Positions 13,373 through 25,274 are shown, numbered from the stretch's first letter. The stretch: DNA of 64,000 nucleotides from Octopus sinensis (GCF_006345805.1 NC_043005.1:63612001-63676000); one strand, 5' to 3'. The notes: a model not told the origin generated them from the letters alone. A program made the numbers and translations.

Positions 13373-14193
13373 ATTTGCGGCTGAATCTGTTTTTGAGAGT
13401 TTGGCTTCAAGAATTGCCTCCCTCGCATTCGGTACACTGTGTATGTATTTATTATGGTAGTTTTTACTTTAAGAGTCCCTCATAGCGTGAGGCAGTTATG
13501 TGTAGTAATACCCTTAATATAAATATTAAAATATATATATATATATATGTATATATATGTATGTATATATATGTATATATATACATATATGTATTTACGT
13601 ATTTATGTATGTATGCATATATCTATCAAAATATATAGTTATTGGAATTCTCAATCCAGGTTAAATACTTCACAAGCTCTTTGTTAATATAAATACACCA
13701 GGTTAACAAAATATTTTTCAGATTGGTATACACCTCCAGCTAATTCTAAGTTAAGATGTAAAGTACCTCCACATGCACTTTAATTATCTCCGAAAGGCTA
13801 GAAGGTGAAGTCGACATCCATGAAATTTAAACTCGAAGACATGAAATATAGCAAAATGTTGTAAGGCATTCTATTCAACGATGTAATGACTACAAAATGC
13901 CATTTTATGAACGTCAAATGTAATAAAAATCTAACGTAGACACGTAAAACTTAGTCCATTAAATCATTCCCAGCTTTTAACTGTTTCTTTCTTTTTTTCT
14001 CAAAGCTGGAATGTAGAAGCAGGAAGCTGTCCTTAACAACATTTAGACTTTAAACACAAAGAGATAGGACAAATCCCTAGAAAATGTCAGACGCTTTGTC
14101 AATCCCTCCAATCTACTTGTCTGGACTAATATTTTATGCAACTCCGAAAAATTACCTCGACGGGATTTGATCTCAGAACTTGAAATATATATA

Positions 14194-14424
14194 TATTTCT
14201 TTACTACCCACAAGGGGCTAAACACAGAGGGGTCAAACAAGGACAGACAAAGGGGTTAAGTCGATTACATCGACCCCAGTGCGTAACTGGTACTTAATTT
14301 ATCGACCCCGAAAGGATGAAAGGCAAAGTCGACCTCGGCGGAATTTGAACTCGGAACGTAACGACAGACGAAATACGGCTACGCATTTCGCCCGGCGTGC
14401 TAACGATTCTGCCAGCTCGCCGCC
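14194..14424 (-). mobile_element. SINE family A, young full-length copy
   Basis: Reverse complement begins ggcggcgagctggcagaatcgttagcacgccgggcgaaatgcg..gagttcaaattccgccgaggtcgactttgcctttcatcctttcggggtcgat. Confidence 0.92.
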
Positions 14425-15411
14425 TTTTTGAGATATATATATATCGCAAGACATTTTACGCGACGCTCAGATGACTTCTAGTCAAATTCGCCTATTTATG
14501 AAAAAGTCAAGATAATGACGGCTTAAAATTTTGACATTTTTTTTAAGCAGTGGGGTCAAGCGATTACTGAGTAATGTTAATTTCATTGACCCAGAAAGGG
14601 ATGAAAGGCAAAGTCGACCTCGATAGAATATTAAGCTCAGAGCATAATGTTTCGGAATGTGCTCATGGCCTGCAAGCTTGCAACCTGTCGAAGACTGAAG
14701 GTAGTAATAGTATTAACTTTACATTGTGCACACTTTTCATATCTTCAAACAACTAAACAAGAACATGTACATACACTACACTTCTAATCTTAAATCTGAG
14801 CTTTTGCTTGTTTATCTCTCCTTTGTAAAAATGAATATTTTGATGGACTTTGAGTAAACTATTCAGTCTCTTCACTAAAACATATGATAAATATTTTTGT
14901 TTGTTTATTGATTTAATGAAACCTTATCAATATATTTCAACACAAAACCCTGTAACATCCTGAATTATATATACAAACATAATGTTTCTGGTTATCGCTT
15001 TCTTATCTTGAATATCTATGCGAGATTTTGTAAGTTATATGTTGCTGTAAAAAGTTAATATCTTATTTAACAAGTTTTTAGGGTATAGCATTTTCAAAAG
15101 CTAGATAACTAAGAATACGAAATAAATAGTACAAAACTATACAGGAACGAAAGATTTCAATGATATTGATATATTCATTCTAAATATTGCGTTGCATAAA
15201 ATGTAAATATATATTTTAAAAAATACGTCTTTTAAAAATATATTTACAGTTTTCATGTCAGCTTTAGTCGTTGTTTAATTCGCCATAATCAGATAAGATG
15301 GACAAGAATGATAATACAGTTACCACTGTTCTTGATTTTTGGTATTTGGTTTAGCCTTAACCCATTTCTGATCGAGCAAAGCTATAACGTGCAGTGTTCC
15401 TACCATTCAGT

Positions 15412-15471
<60 letters not shown>

Positions 15472-15694
15472 ACACACACACACATATATATATATAATAT
15501 ATATATGTATATATGCTAAATACAAAATGGGACACGAACGCAAAACATACGGACAGTTAGTTGATACAAAAATGGGACAACAAAACATCCAGATAAACGA
15601 TACAAAGAAAACAGGGACGGGTCATTCGAAGTTTTCTTTCCTCAGTCAAGTACCAGATTATCTTCGCAATTTCGGTTGATTATACTTGAGATTG

Positions 15695-15735
<41 letters not shown>

Positions 15736-15788
15736 TACCCTATACACATACATACATACATACATACATACATACATACATACATACA

Positions 15789-15825
<37 letters not shown>

Positions 15826-16269
15826 TAGGGTAAATCCCAGCTGTTTCTTCTTGAAGCACATTTGCTAATTCAATTATTTAATTTCTCTCACTGAAGAATT
15901 TCTAACAGGAAATTCCTTACATATCTATCTAACAATCTAACATATATTCCTATTAATAACTGAAACGCGTTTAATGCTGAGTAAATAATATCAAAATTTC
16001 AATTTGGCTGTTTTGTTATATGTATATATACAGAAGGCCCGCGAAGCAACGAAGTAAAATAAAAGTTTAGATTAATTGAAATATGTTTTGGGCATACATG
16101 TCTTGTACAAAGGCTTGCTTTCGGCAACAGGAATTATAATATCAGGTGCAAAGAGGACGCTTTTAAATGGCCGTTTTTGTTTCATAGTACTGATTCACTT
16201 ATCTAATGATTAGTCTGTTTGAGTCTGGCAGCTGTCACACGCAGTCTGCAGATAGTTTCAGTTTCTAAT

Positions 16270-17250
16270 TATTTCCTATAACTTAGGAGCATTTGAAGGA
16301 CTATCTACCAACTGTGAAGTTTATTGCCCGGGGTGTCGGATATACAACGATTTGGTTGCTATTTGAGACTCCGGAGGAGGCTCGCATTTTTGCAAGCCAG
16401 CCCCTGGAGGGCAATAAAATTTTGTTTCTTCTCACGTATTGTGGGAGGAAACTGATGCGGGCTTGGGTTTGCGGGTTGCCACCGAATTGAAAACCAGGCT
16501 GGATAGAGGACACTATCTGCCGGGGTTTGGGAGGCAGCGGCACCAAATTCCTTAATGTTAAATTATTACCAGTGGCTGACTGGGTCGGTTCAAAAGTTAT
16601 TTTGACCCTGTGGACCCAATCAGGAAAGGAGTTAGTCTTTCCAGACTTTTTAACTATGACTGGGAGCAGGTACTCGGTGATTCTTCAGGGTCGCCCCCCA
16701 AGTGTTACCGGTGTCTGGAACCTGGCCATATAAAAATGAATTGCCCCCAGGACCAAAGCAAGGTACTGGAGCAGTTGGTTGATACCTCTGTAGAAGAGGG
16801 AACAGAGGCGGTCGAGGAGGCGGATCTGCAGGTCACGGAGGAAACCCACCTTTCCTCAGTTAAGAGAAAAAAGAGAAAGGAAAAGAGAAATGGGACATTG
16901 CCGGCAGTTGATAACACAATACCGGAATGTCCTGGAACTTCGTCGGTAGGAATTGTGCCACCGACAGTGGAAGTCATTACTTCGTCCCCTGAAGAAGAAT
17001 TACTTGTCTTCTTCTACAGGGGCGGAGAGATGGAGAAGGTGTTGGAGAAGCATCATGAATGGCCTCCGCAGGTAGCTGTGGAGGTCATAACGTTATAACG
17101 TTGCCCGTGTTGCAAAGGCTGAAGAAGCTCAATGAGGAATTTAGCTTGTAACCGGGCGGCCTCAAGACGTCACCCGATTTGAGCTTGAGTGGGGTGTGAG
17201 AAATGGAGGGGTACGAGGTCACAAGCGATACTGAAGAGGACTATGGGTAA
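16270..17250 (+). pseudogene. Decayed gag/LINE-ORF1-like ORF with CCHC zinc knuckle (L1/Tx1-like ORF1 by resemblance)
   Basis: GC-richer island. Frames join to give ..WLLFETPEEARIFASQPL..RAWVCGLPP..YSVILQGRPPKCYRCLEPGHIKMNCP (CX2CX4HX4C), then acidic/basic low-complexity segments. No ORF2 follows. Confidence 0.72.
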
Positions 17251-17562
17251 GTGGTTGGAAAGCCTCGATATTTTGAACTGATAAGAGTTCTGAAAGCTCA
17301 TTCTGTTTTTAACCAAGGTACGAGTAGTAGTGCCTCAATTTGTGTTTTAATGAACAATTATGAACAATTGTAAGAGGTTTATTGCCTCATGTGTGATAAA
17401 TAAGACAACAATGTTTTCGGGAAACAACAATCGGCCGGCGTTGTCTGTTTCCTCCATTAATCATCATTTTCACTTATCATCTCATATAACATTGTGTCTG
17501 TATCCAGCCCGCAGCGTCTTTCTTTCTCTATGTAACGCCATTATAGCCAATTTAATGAAATA

Positions 17563-17698
17563 AAGAAGTTTGCTTCCCAACCACATGATTCCGGGTTCAG
17601 TCCCACTGCGTGGCAACTTCTGCGAGTGTCTTCTGTCATAGCCTTGGACTGACCAAAGCCTTGTGAATGGACTTGGTTGATGGAAATTGAAAGAAGCC
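17563..17698 (+). mobile_element. SINE family B head only, fused directly to the hammerhead repeat
   Basis: aagaagtttgcttcccaaccacatgattccgggttcagtcccactgcgtggc..gaccaaagccttgtgaatgga..gaaagaagcc; matches the heads at 33255-33422 and 36665-36777. Confidence 0.85.
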
Positions 17699-17763
17699 AC
17701 CTTTCTTCTTCTACCTCCATTTTTCCACTTGTCTTCTCTTCTCTGGATTTTTCCTTCTCCTAT

Positions 17764-17798
17764 GTTTCTGACGAAGAGCTCCGCTCGAAACGTTAAAC
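17764..17798 (+). ncRNA. Minimal type-I hammerhead ribozyme, intact core
   Basis: GUUU-CUGACGA-A-GAGC(ucc)GCUC-GAAA-CGU-U^AAAC. Helix I is GUUU/AAAC, helix II is 4 bp, helix III is palindromic ACGU. Confidence 0.8.
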
Positions 17799-18176
17799 CC
17801 TCCTTCTTTCCTTCTTTCCTGAGTGTTCAATAATACTATATTTGTTCCACGTCCTCGTATTGTTGTGTTTTTTTGTGCTTTCTTGTTTGGATTAACTTTA
17901 TATACCGCACGCTCACACGGACCCCGGCCCTCTGAGTGCCTTGGATACCAATTCCTGGATTTTTACACCAACGGATTACTGTTACCGTGCTTCCGGAGTA
18001 CGCTACTGAAATCGTGATTGAAAATCAAAAAAATTTTGACTCTACGTGACTCTACCACTTTTTCCTCGTACTTTCCTCGTACTTTTTCCTCGTACTTTTT
18101 CCTCGTCCTTTTTTACCTTTCTTCTATCTCCATTTTTCCACTTGTCTTCTCTTCTCTGGATTTTTCCTTCTCCTAT

Positions 18177-18211
18177 GTTTCCGACGAAGAGCTCCGCTTG
18201 GAATGTTAAAC
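18177..18211 (+). ncRNA. Mutated second copy of the same hammerhead
   Basis: GUUU-CCGACGA-A-GAGC(ucc)GCUU-GGAA-UGU-U-AAAC; core substitutions relative to the 17764 copy. Confidence 0.6.
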
Positions 18212-18303
18212 CCTCCTTCTTTCCTGAGTGTCCAATAATACTATATTTGTTCCACTTCCTCGCGTTGTTGTGTTTTTTTGTGCTTTCTTGTTTGGATTAA
18301 CTT

Positions 18304-18349
<46 letters not shown>

Positions 18350-18422
18350 ATATAAGATTTTTTTTGCGTAATAAGCAAAAAAACGATGGCTGTATAGATA
18401 TTAGAGCATTTATAGATAGAGG

Positions 18423-18474
18423 GTCTTACAGCTGTTTCCAGGATATTTATTAATAATATCCCTTCATTGGAGAC
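18423..18474 (-). ncRNA. Type-I hammerhead motif, degenerate core
   Basis: Minus strand: GUCU-CCAAUGA-A-GGGAUAUU(auuaaua)AAUAUCCU-G-GAAA-CAGCUG-U-A^AGAC. Helix I is GUCU/AGAC and helix III is palindromic ACAGCUGU. Confidence 0.68.
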
Positions 18475-18752
18475 GGTGTGAGAGGAAAGTTAAGTCATAG
18501 TTAGTTTAGATGTGATACAAAATAGAGAGTGAGGTGGAGGAAAGAAAATAGATGCAATATATGTATGGGTATTGAAGTTGTAAATCCATTTTATAGGCAT
18601 AATATGCAATATTCCAATATCCTATGAGTAAAGTCCAGAAGTCCAACAGAGTTTTAAATGAGTCCTTCCAAATATAGAGTTTATAAGCAATGTAAAATTC
18701 CCTTATGAGTGAGATCCAGCAGATTTTTTTAACTTGGTCATTCCTAGTAAAG

Positions 18753-19066
18753 AATTTATATAGTGTTGCAGAGTCAAAGGTTTGTATTTAAAGTGACCTA
18801 AAAATAGGGAGTGTATTATTAAGGTCTAAATTGAAAACAGGAAGGGAGGAATGAAAGAAAGAAAAGAAAAAAAGGAAGAGAAAGAAAAATGAAAGAGAAA
18901 TGAGAGAGAAGATGTCTGCTTTCTTTCTCTTCTCTTTTTCTCTTCCTTTTTTTTCTCTTTCTTTCATTCCTCTCTTCCTGTTTTCAATTTGACCTTACTA
19001 ATACACTCCCTATTTTTAGGCCACTTTAAATACAAACCTTTGGCTCTGCAACACTGTATATAAATT
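18753..19066. repeat. Near-perfect fold-back (arms ~18753-18890 and ~18925-19066)
   Basis: aatttatatagtgttgcagagtcaaaggtttgtatttaaagtgacctaaaaatagggagtgtatt... is mirrored by ...aatacactccctatttttaggccactttaaatacaaacctttggctctgcaacactgtatataaatt. Confidence 0.92.
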
Positions 19067-19516
19067 ATCATCAGTCCCACAGGGAAAGTTCTGAATTGAC
19101 GTTAGTGTATTAACAACTGTTACTTAAAGTGACAATTTTCTCCATGGCAAATCGCGGTGAAAATCGCCGTTTTACAGGTACGAACAATGCATAAGGCAAA
19201 TATATACTTACTAAAGTAAACACAAATTTGTACTCCAGTTGTGCATACGTTCGCAAATGGTTGACTGAATACACAACGAGTCGACAAGGTCACACGTAGA
19301 CACACTCACTGAACTATGTAGTTGTTCTTTAGATGTGCAAACTGTTTAAATCTTACCTGTATTCTCCTGATGAAAGTGATTGTTTTTGCATGATGTAGCA
19401 CTTCTGCTTATCAATAAAAACAAGCATGAAACAGCCGAAGTGAAACATAATACATCAGCTGTTATCCGTTTGTGTGTGAGTGTATAAATACAAACACACA
19501 CACACACATATAGCTC

Positions 19517-19883
19517 TCTATATATAAACGGCAGTTTGTCTGTGTGTGTTTCTGTGTGTCTGTTTGGTTGTACCCTCACCCTGACCACGGCTTTCAACCG
19601 ATTCTGATGAAACTTGACACACACATAGCCCAATGTGATAATTCAAAACTAACGCAGCGAAAATTTTGAAAAGTTCCCCCAGTTCTGAAAAAAATCGATA
19701 AATTCGACATGGGGTCGAGAATCAGAAACACAAACCACAGACTGTCTAGGGGACAGAACTCGACCTTTTTAACTCTCAAAAAAAATTTACCATCATTTTT
19801 TTTCCATTTTTTTGCTATAACTCTAAAAATGCTTTATAGTTACTTCCCTTACAAACCCGAGCAACGCCGGGCGATACTGCTAG
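19517..19883 (+). mobile_element. Non-autonomous Helitron-like element
   Basis: 5' TC-TATATATAAA followed by a GT-rich tract; 3' GC hairpin CCCG-agcaacgc-CGGG (19856-19871) ending 9 nt before a terminal CTAG|T (19880-19884). These are the canonical Helitron termini. Confidence 0.78.
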
Positions 19884-20370
19884 TATATATATATACAAAA
19901 TAATTGATATGGAAGACAGAGTATACTGTAAGCTTTATAATTAGCACGACTATCGTTTCGGCTTATATCTGCACTGCTCCCAAGTGAGTGAGGAACTTTA
20001 TAATGGAATCGAATGCACTCCACAGTACAGAAGAAATTCCATCAGGTTACTCAATATTTTACCGCATTACAATATGTACGTTTCGCTACTGTGTGTGGCA
20101 GGACGGTGTTGGTATGAAGCGTACGTTCACAGTAGTTCACAAATTCGTTAATAACAGCTGTGTGTGTGTAAATTTTTTTCTTTCGAAAAAGTGGTTTTTT
20201 TTTTACACAATTGCTTGGAAGCCCTCATCGAACCCGAGACGTTAGGCACATAACTTGGTGTTAGAAGAGACAAATATTTAGATAATTATTCTATAGTCAT
20301 GATCTACATCAACATAATAAATAAATATAACATAAAATTACATCAAGACGAGGAACATATTTATATATTA

Positions 20371-20511
20371 TAAGGTTGTCCCAAAAGTTCGTAGAAAGTC
20401 TTGGAAAATAATGGTCTTTATTTTGAGGAATAATTTTTGTTGATTTTGTTAGTACTTGGCGAGTAAAAATTCAATTTTCGCAAGTGTTTGCGAACTTTTG
20501 GGACAACCTAA
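20371..20511. mobile_element. mariner-derived MITE (141 bp) with TA target duplication
   Basis: TIRs ggttgtcccaaaagttcg / cgaacttttgggacaacc, flanked by TA; the TIR resembles that of the mariner at 55909. Confidence 0.88.
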
Positions 20512-20764
20512 TATTTAGAATAGAAATAAGAGTCAAGAGGTAAAAATATACGTGAAAAGAATAAATAAATAAAGGTTGATATATCGATTAAAAAATTACA
20601 TTAAATTTAAGGTTAAAAACGATGAATTAATGATTAAAAGTTGTAAGATACATCGACAGTAGTGAGAAATCCTAATGATGGATTTAAAAGTTTAGAGTTT
20701 TATTTTATTTTCTATCTTTTTTTCTCTTACATGTCTTCAAACGTAATTAATTATCTATTTACTT

Positions 20765-20849
20765 ATTCCTGAAGAAGGGGACATTGACAGTGTAAAGCTA
20801 AAGCATTCATTCCTTGTTGACTAATGGATTCCAGAAACAACCGTCGAAT
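20765..20849 (+). ncRNA. Type-I hammerhead ribozyme with intact core, GUC site and long helix II
   Basis: AUUC-CUGAAGA-A-GGGGACAUUG...UAAUGGAUUCC-A-GAAAC-AACC-GUC^GAAU; helix I is AUUC/GAAU. Confidence 0.7.
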
Positions 20850-21837
20850 TGCTTCATATATGACGTTATAACCCTCTATAAACATTTCTTCGGAACCCTT
20901 CTAAACTTTTAAATCCATCATTAAGATTTCTCCCAACTGCTGATGCATCTTACAACTTTCTAATCATTAATTCAACGTTTTTTAACCTTAAATTTAATAT
21001 AATTTTTAATCGATATATCAACCTTCATTTATTTATCCTTTTCACCTATATTGTTACCTCACATAAATCTTATTTCTATTCTAAATAATAAATAGTTATG
21101 TTCATTGTCTTGATACAACTTTTATGTTATAGGTATTTATGTTGATGTAAATTTTTCTGCTCTTAAACGGATGCATCTTCGATATATTTTAATATATTTA
21201 TGTATCAATGTCCACATCTGTATATTTTTAAATGTATCAATTACCTTATTTATTCCTAATGTATTTATATATGTATATATTTTTAATATAGCTATATATT
21301 CATATATTTTTAATGTGTTTATGGATGTTAATATACTCTATATGATAATTATGTGCTTCTGGTGCTTCTTCTATATCCATTCAACTGATGAAAGCGAGTC
21401 GGATTATTTTTTGTGGACTGAATTATCTAGGGTAATCCTCACTTATATATTTATCTTTTGTTTCAAGTCTGAATTTCTTGAACACTTCTAAGCGTAACCT
21501 TTAATCTGAGGGAGAATAGGAGTATACCTTGTATTCTTTCTCAAGTATAATTATATATGTATATGTATGTATATGTATATATGTGCATGTGTGTGTTTAT
21601 CTATATGTATGCATGTATATCTATATGTATGCATATATATTTATATGTATGCATGTATATGTATATGTATGTATGTATATCTATGTATATCTATATCTAT
21701 ATATATGTATATATGTGAGTATATATACATATGTGTCTTTCTATATATATATATGTATATAATGTGTATATCTATATATATATAGATTTGCATAGATACA
21801 TACGTGTGTGTGTGTGTGTGTGTGTGTGTGAAGATAA

Positions 21838-22040
21838 GGCTATGAGCTGGTAGAATCGGTAACAGACCAGACGAAATGGTCAGTGGCATTTCGCCTGTCT
21901 TTACAATCTGAGTTCAAATTTCGCCGAGATCGAATTCGCCTTTCATCCTTTCGGGGTTGATGAAATGATAACCAGTGTAACATTGGGACGAATGTAATCG
22001 ACTGATCTCTACCTTCGAAATGGCTGGCATTATGCCTAAC
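21838..22040 (+). mobile_element. SINE family A copy
   Basis: gagctggtagaatcg..ctgagttcaaatttcgccgagatcgaattcgcctttcatcctttcggggttgat. Confidence 0.85.
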
Positions 22041-22589
22041 TCAGTTACTGCGGAAATCAAATATATTCACTCAAAATTTCGTTACTCCTTAACTTCAGAA
22101 AGCAGGGTTTTTTTTCATACCAGTCTATCTTCTTGAGGAATGTGGATGTTTAACATCATTACTGGAATATCCATGAAATTTAATTTCGCAGATAAAGAGT
22201 TAAAAATTAAGAATACTTGTGGAATATTCAACGAACAGATAACGTTAGCCGAGTGTAAGCACAATAGACAAATTTGTTTTGGTTGGAATTTACAGTAAAA
22301 TCATTCATCGTCTTACAGATCAGCAGCAGGGTGGATGTGACTGTCTCGCCAAAATTTGGGAAGGAAAAAAGCCTACAACTTTAATATCCATGGTGTAGAT
22401 GTTCGACTGTACTGATTATCAGAGGTGCGCAAGGACATGTAACAACAAATTCGCTTAAAAGCCTAAAGTTGATGAATTCTTCAAAAACAATAAAGCACAC
22501 TGATTCATATTCTCAAAATACACAAGATTTGTGGTACAGCAAAAATTTGTATCACAATCCGAGGATTCTATATTCAGTTTTCTACTCTA

Positions 22590-22788
22590 GGTACAAGGCC
22601 TGAACTATTTGGAGACTGCGCCAGTGGATTAGATCGACCCCAGTACGCAACTGGTGCTTAATTTATCGACCCCGAAAGGATGAAAGGCTAAGTCAACCTC
22701 GGCGGAATTTGAACTCAGAATATATAGACAGACGAAATACTGCTAAGCATTTCGCCCGGCGAGCTAACGTTTCTGCCAGCTCGCCGCC
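22590..22788 (-). mobile_element. SINE family A copy
   Basis: gaccccgaaaggatgaaaggctaagtcaacctcggcggaatttgaactcagaa..ttctgccagctcgccgcc. Confidence 0.9.
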
Positions 22789-22853
22789 TTCGAGGATTCT
22801 ATATTTGAGGTTTCTGAGATGAACATGTGTACACAAATACATGTAAATACTGA

Positions 22854-22891
<38 letters not shown>

Positions 22892-23194
22892 ACACATGTA
22901 CATATGCACAGACACATAGACACACAAACATACTTTTATACTAAAGTGACAAGCTACCACCTTACATGTTTTCAAGTTTCTCTACACATAATCACAAGCA
23001 CACACACAAAAAAAACGTATATGAAAAAATTTACAAATGCAGATAAACACAATCTCCAGCAACTATCTTGACTTCAACTAAAGTATCTTGTCACTTCTTC
23101 GTTCGCGTCCTGCTGGAAATCTGCAAAAGTAAATCTTAAATGAAACCGTATCCAAAGAGAAACACGTATAACGCACGTGCATAGACTTACTTTC

Positions 23195-23216
23195 ACACAC
23201 ACACACACACGTACAT

Positions 23217-23285
<69 letters not shown>

Positions 23286-23407
23286 GGTGTGTGTATATAT
23301 ACATTTGCATATATATGTGTGTGTATATACATATTTGCATTTATATACATGTGTGCATATATATATATATCTATATATGTATATATGTATATGTATATGT
23401 ATATATG

Positions 23408-23440
<33 letters not shown>

Positions 23441-23463
23441 GTATATATATGTATATATATATG

Positions 23464-23514
<51 letters not shown>

Positions 23515-23541
23515 GTATAATATATATATATATATATTATA

Positions 23542-23586
<45 letters not shown>

Positions 23587-23620
23587 TTGTGTGTGTGTAT
23601 GTGTATGTATACGTGTATGC
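23195..23620. repeat. Compound (TA)n/(TG)n/(TATG)n microsatellite, representative of many in the window
   Basis: Read directly. Similar arrays lie at about 10172-10288, 13530-13620, 15413-15505, 15695-15825, 21550-21830, 28370-28760, 31735-32150, 32973-33050, 35502-35773, 36778-36895, 38838-39025 and 39243-39330. Confidence 0.98.
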
Positions 23621-25274
23621 TTATAACAAATATTCTGTTTGTGTGTTGTTGATGTTAGTGTACAAAAATCATTGAAGTTTATTCGCGAAAGTTTACCACA
23701 ACAACAGAACTATAAATCGAAGTCCGTATAATAAAGTTTAAACTATAAAATTAAATTATGTTCTATAATATTTTTAGTCTTCTATATGAAAGAATTTTTT
23801 AGCTATAAACAGAACCATGCATACATACATACATATACACACACATATATATATATGTATATACACACACAATGTGTATCTGTGTATTGTATAGATGTTG
23901 TAGCCTTACAAAAAAGGATTTAAATAATATTGCTTCTACCATAGCATATTTGTTTCATAGAATTCACGTGATTTGCAAAACAGAATAACATTACAAGAAT
24001 AAAAATAAACTTGTTTCCTAATGTTTAAAAATAAAGTTAAATTATTTAAGACCTAAGAAGTCAAACTTTGAATAACTCATCAAAACAGCTATTTTGATCT
24101 GGTTATTACACCAGATAATTCACCGATAGAAATAAAATAGAAATGTCGGCACTGAAAGCAATGAATTACATCATATTTGTTTTGGTAATTATTTTCTTTA
24201 CATATATTTGATTATTTTGCTTGAAAAGCGTATAAAAATAAGGTTGAAATCTCTAATTCACTTAATGGTCTACTTTTTCTTTTTGTTTGTGATGGATATA
24301 ATTTATACCTCACACATTGCTTTTATATTTCTGCAGAAATATTATTTTGTGTAGCCAGTCTGCAGTAAAAAAATGCATTGAAGGAATTAATGGATTCTAC
24401 TGTAGAGAATGTGGATAATCCATAATGAAAGGTTCTGTTCCTGGTGATGATGCGATCGTTATAATAATTATATGATTTTTCACAACACCAGCGCGAGGTC
24501 ACAACAAATAAGATAGAAGTCTGTTCGGTTGAATCAGCTCCGATATGTTCTCTACTTCCACAAAGAGATGGGTGTCGAGGGCAAACTGTATAGAATGTAG
24601 TTAAAAATTAACGGAAAGAGAGAGAGAGGTGGGGAGGGGAAACAAAATACTAAAAGTCTGAACGGCCCATATTAATAATTTCATTATTATGCTGTTTTCA
24701 GTCATTGACTTCTGGCTTTGTTGAGCCATTACCTTCAATGATAGAGTAGTTGATTCACAGATATTTTACCAAACTCAGAAGAATGCAAAACGAGACTGGA
24801 CGTGTGCAAATTGGAACTCAGAACGAAAGGGAAACGTAACTAAATTCAACTACTAGATACTCCCTTTCATCTTGAGCAGTTTTTCATGTTTATTTATCTT
24901 GAATGTTTATTAATCTTCCCTGTTTAGCAATCTTGTTTGTTTAATAATTATTCACGCTCAGTAATCGTGTTGCATAGTGATACATTTAATATGATTTTAT
25001 AACATACAATTATTACAAATGCAATGAGGCCTCATATTAGTAGGAGAGTGGTATTATTTGACATCAACACATGTCTATATATTGTATCGATCTTCGAAGG
25101 GTGATAGGTAAATTCGACATTGGCGTTATTTGAACTCAAAATAGCGGAAACAATTTATTAATTCAGTATTTTAAATATGATGGTCTTTCTTTTCCGTCAT
25201 TCCATTACGTTACAAACGTAACAAAAGTTAACGGTAAAAGTTACTATTATTTAGCTCCAAGACAAAATTCTTAG

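Larger units (their letters stand above)
17699..18310 (+). mobile_element. Two ~195-bp direct repeats (17699-17903, 18115-18310), each with a hammerhead motif, flanking a ~210-bp spacer; PLE-repeat/retrozyme-like
   Basis: The repeats align nearly end to end (ctccatttttccacttgtcttctcttctctggattt...tttggattaactttatat). Hammerhead-to-hammerhead spacing is 413 bp. Confidence 0.8.
20305..21149. repeat. Large imperfect palindrome: ~250-bp arms (20305-20696 incl. MITE; 20900-21149) around a 203-bp loop
   Basis: e.g. ggttgatatatcgattaaaaaattacattaaatttaaggttaaaaacg versus cgttttttaaccttaaatttaatataatttttaatcgatatatcaacc. Confidence 0.9.

Noticed and set aside
23177-23675. Long ORFs rich in YI/IY/THTH/VCVC (also at 10.1, 15.4, 21.5, 28.2-28.8, 31.7-32.1, 35.5, 38.7 kb)
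   Set aside because: These are translations of (TA)n/(CA)n/(TATG)n microsatellites, which lack stop codons by construction.
24336-24420. KKCIEGINGFYCRECG, EGF-like appearance
   Set aside because: The cysteine spacing is incomplete and an immediate stop follows without a good donor.
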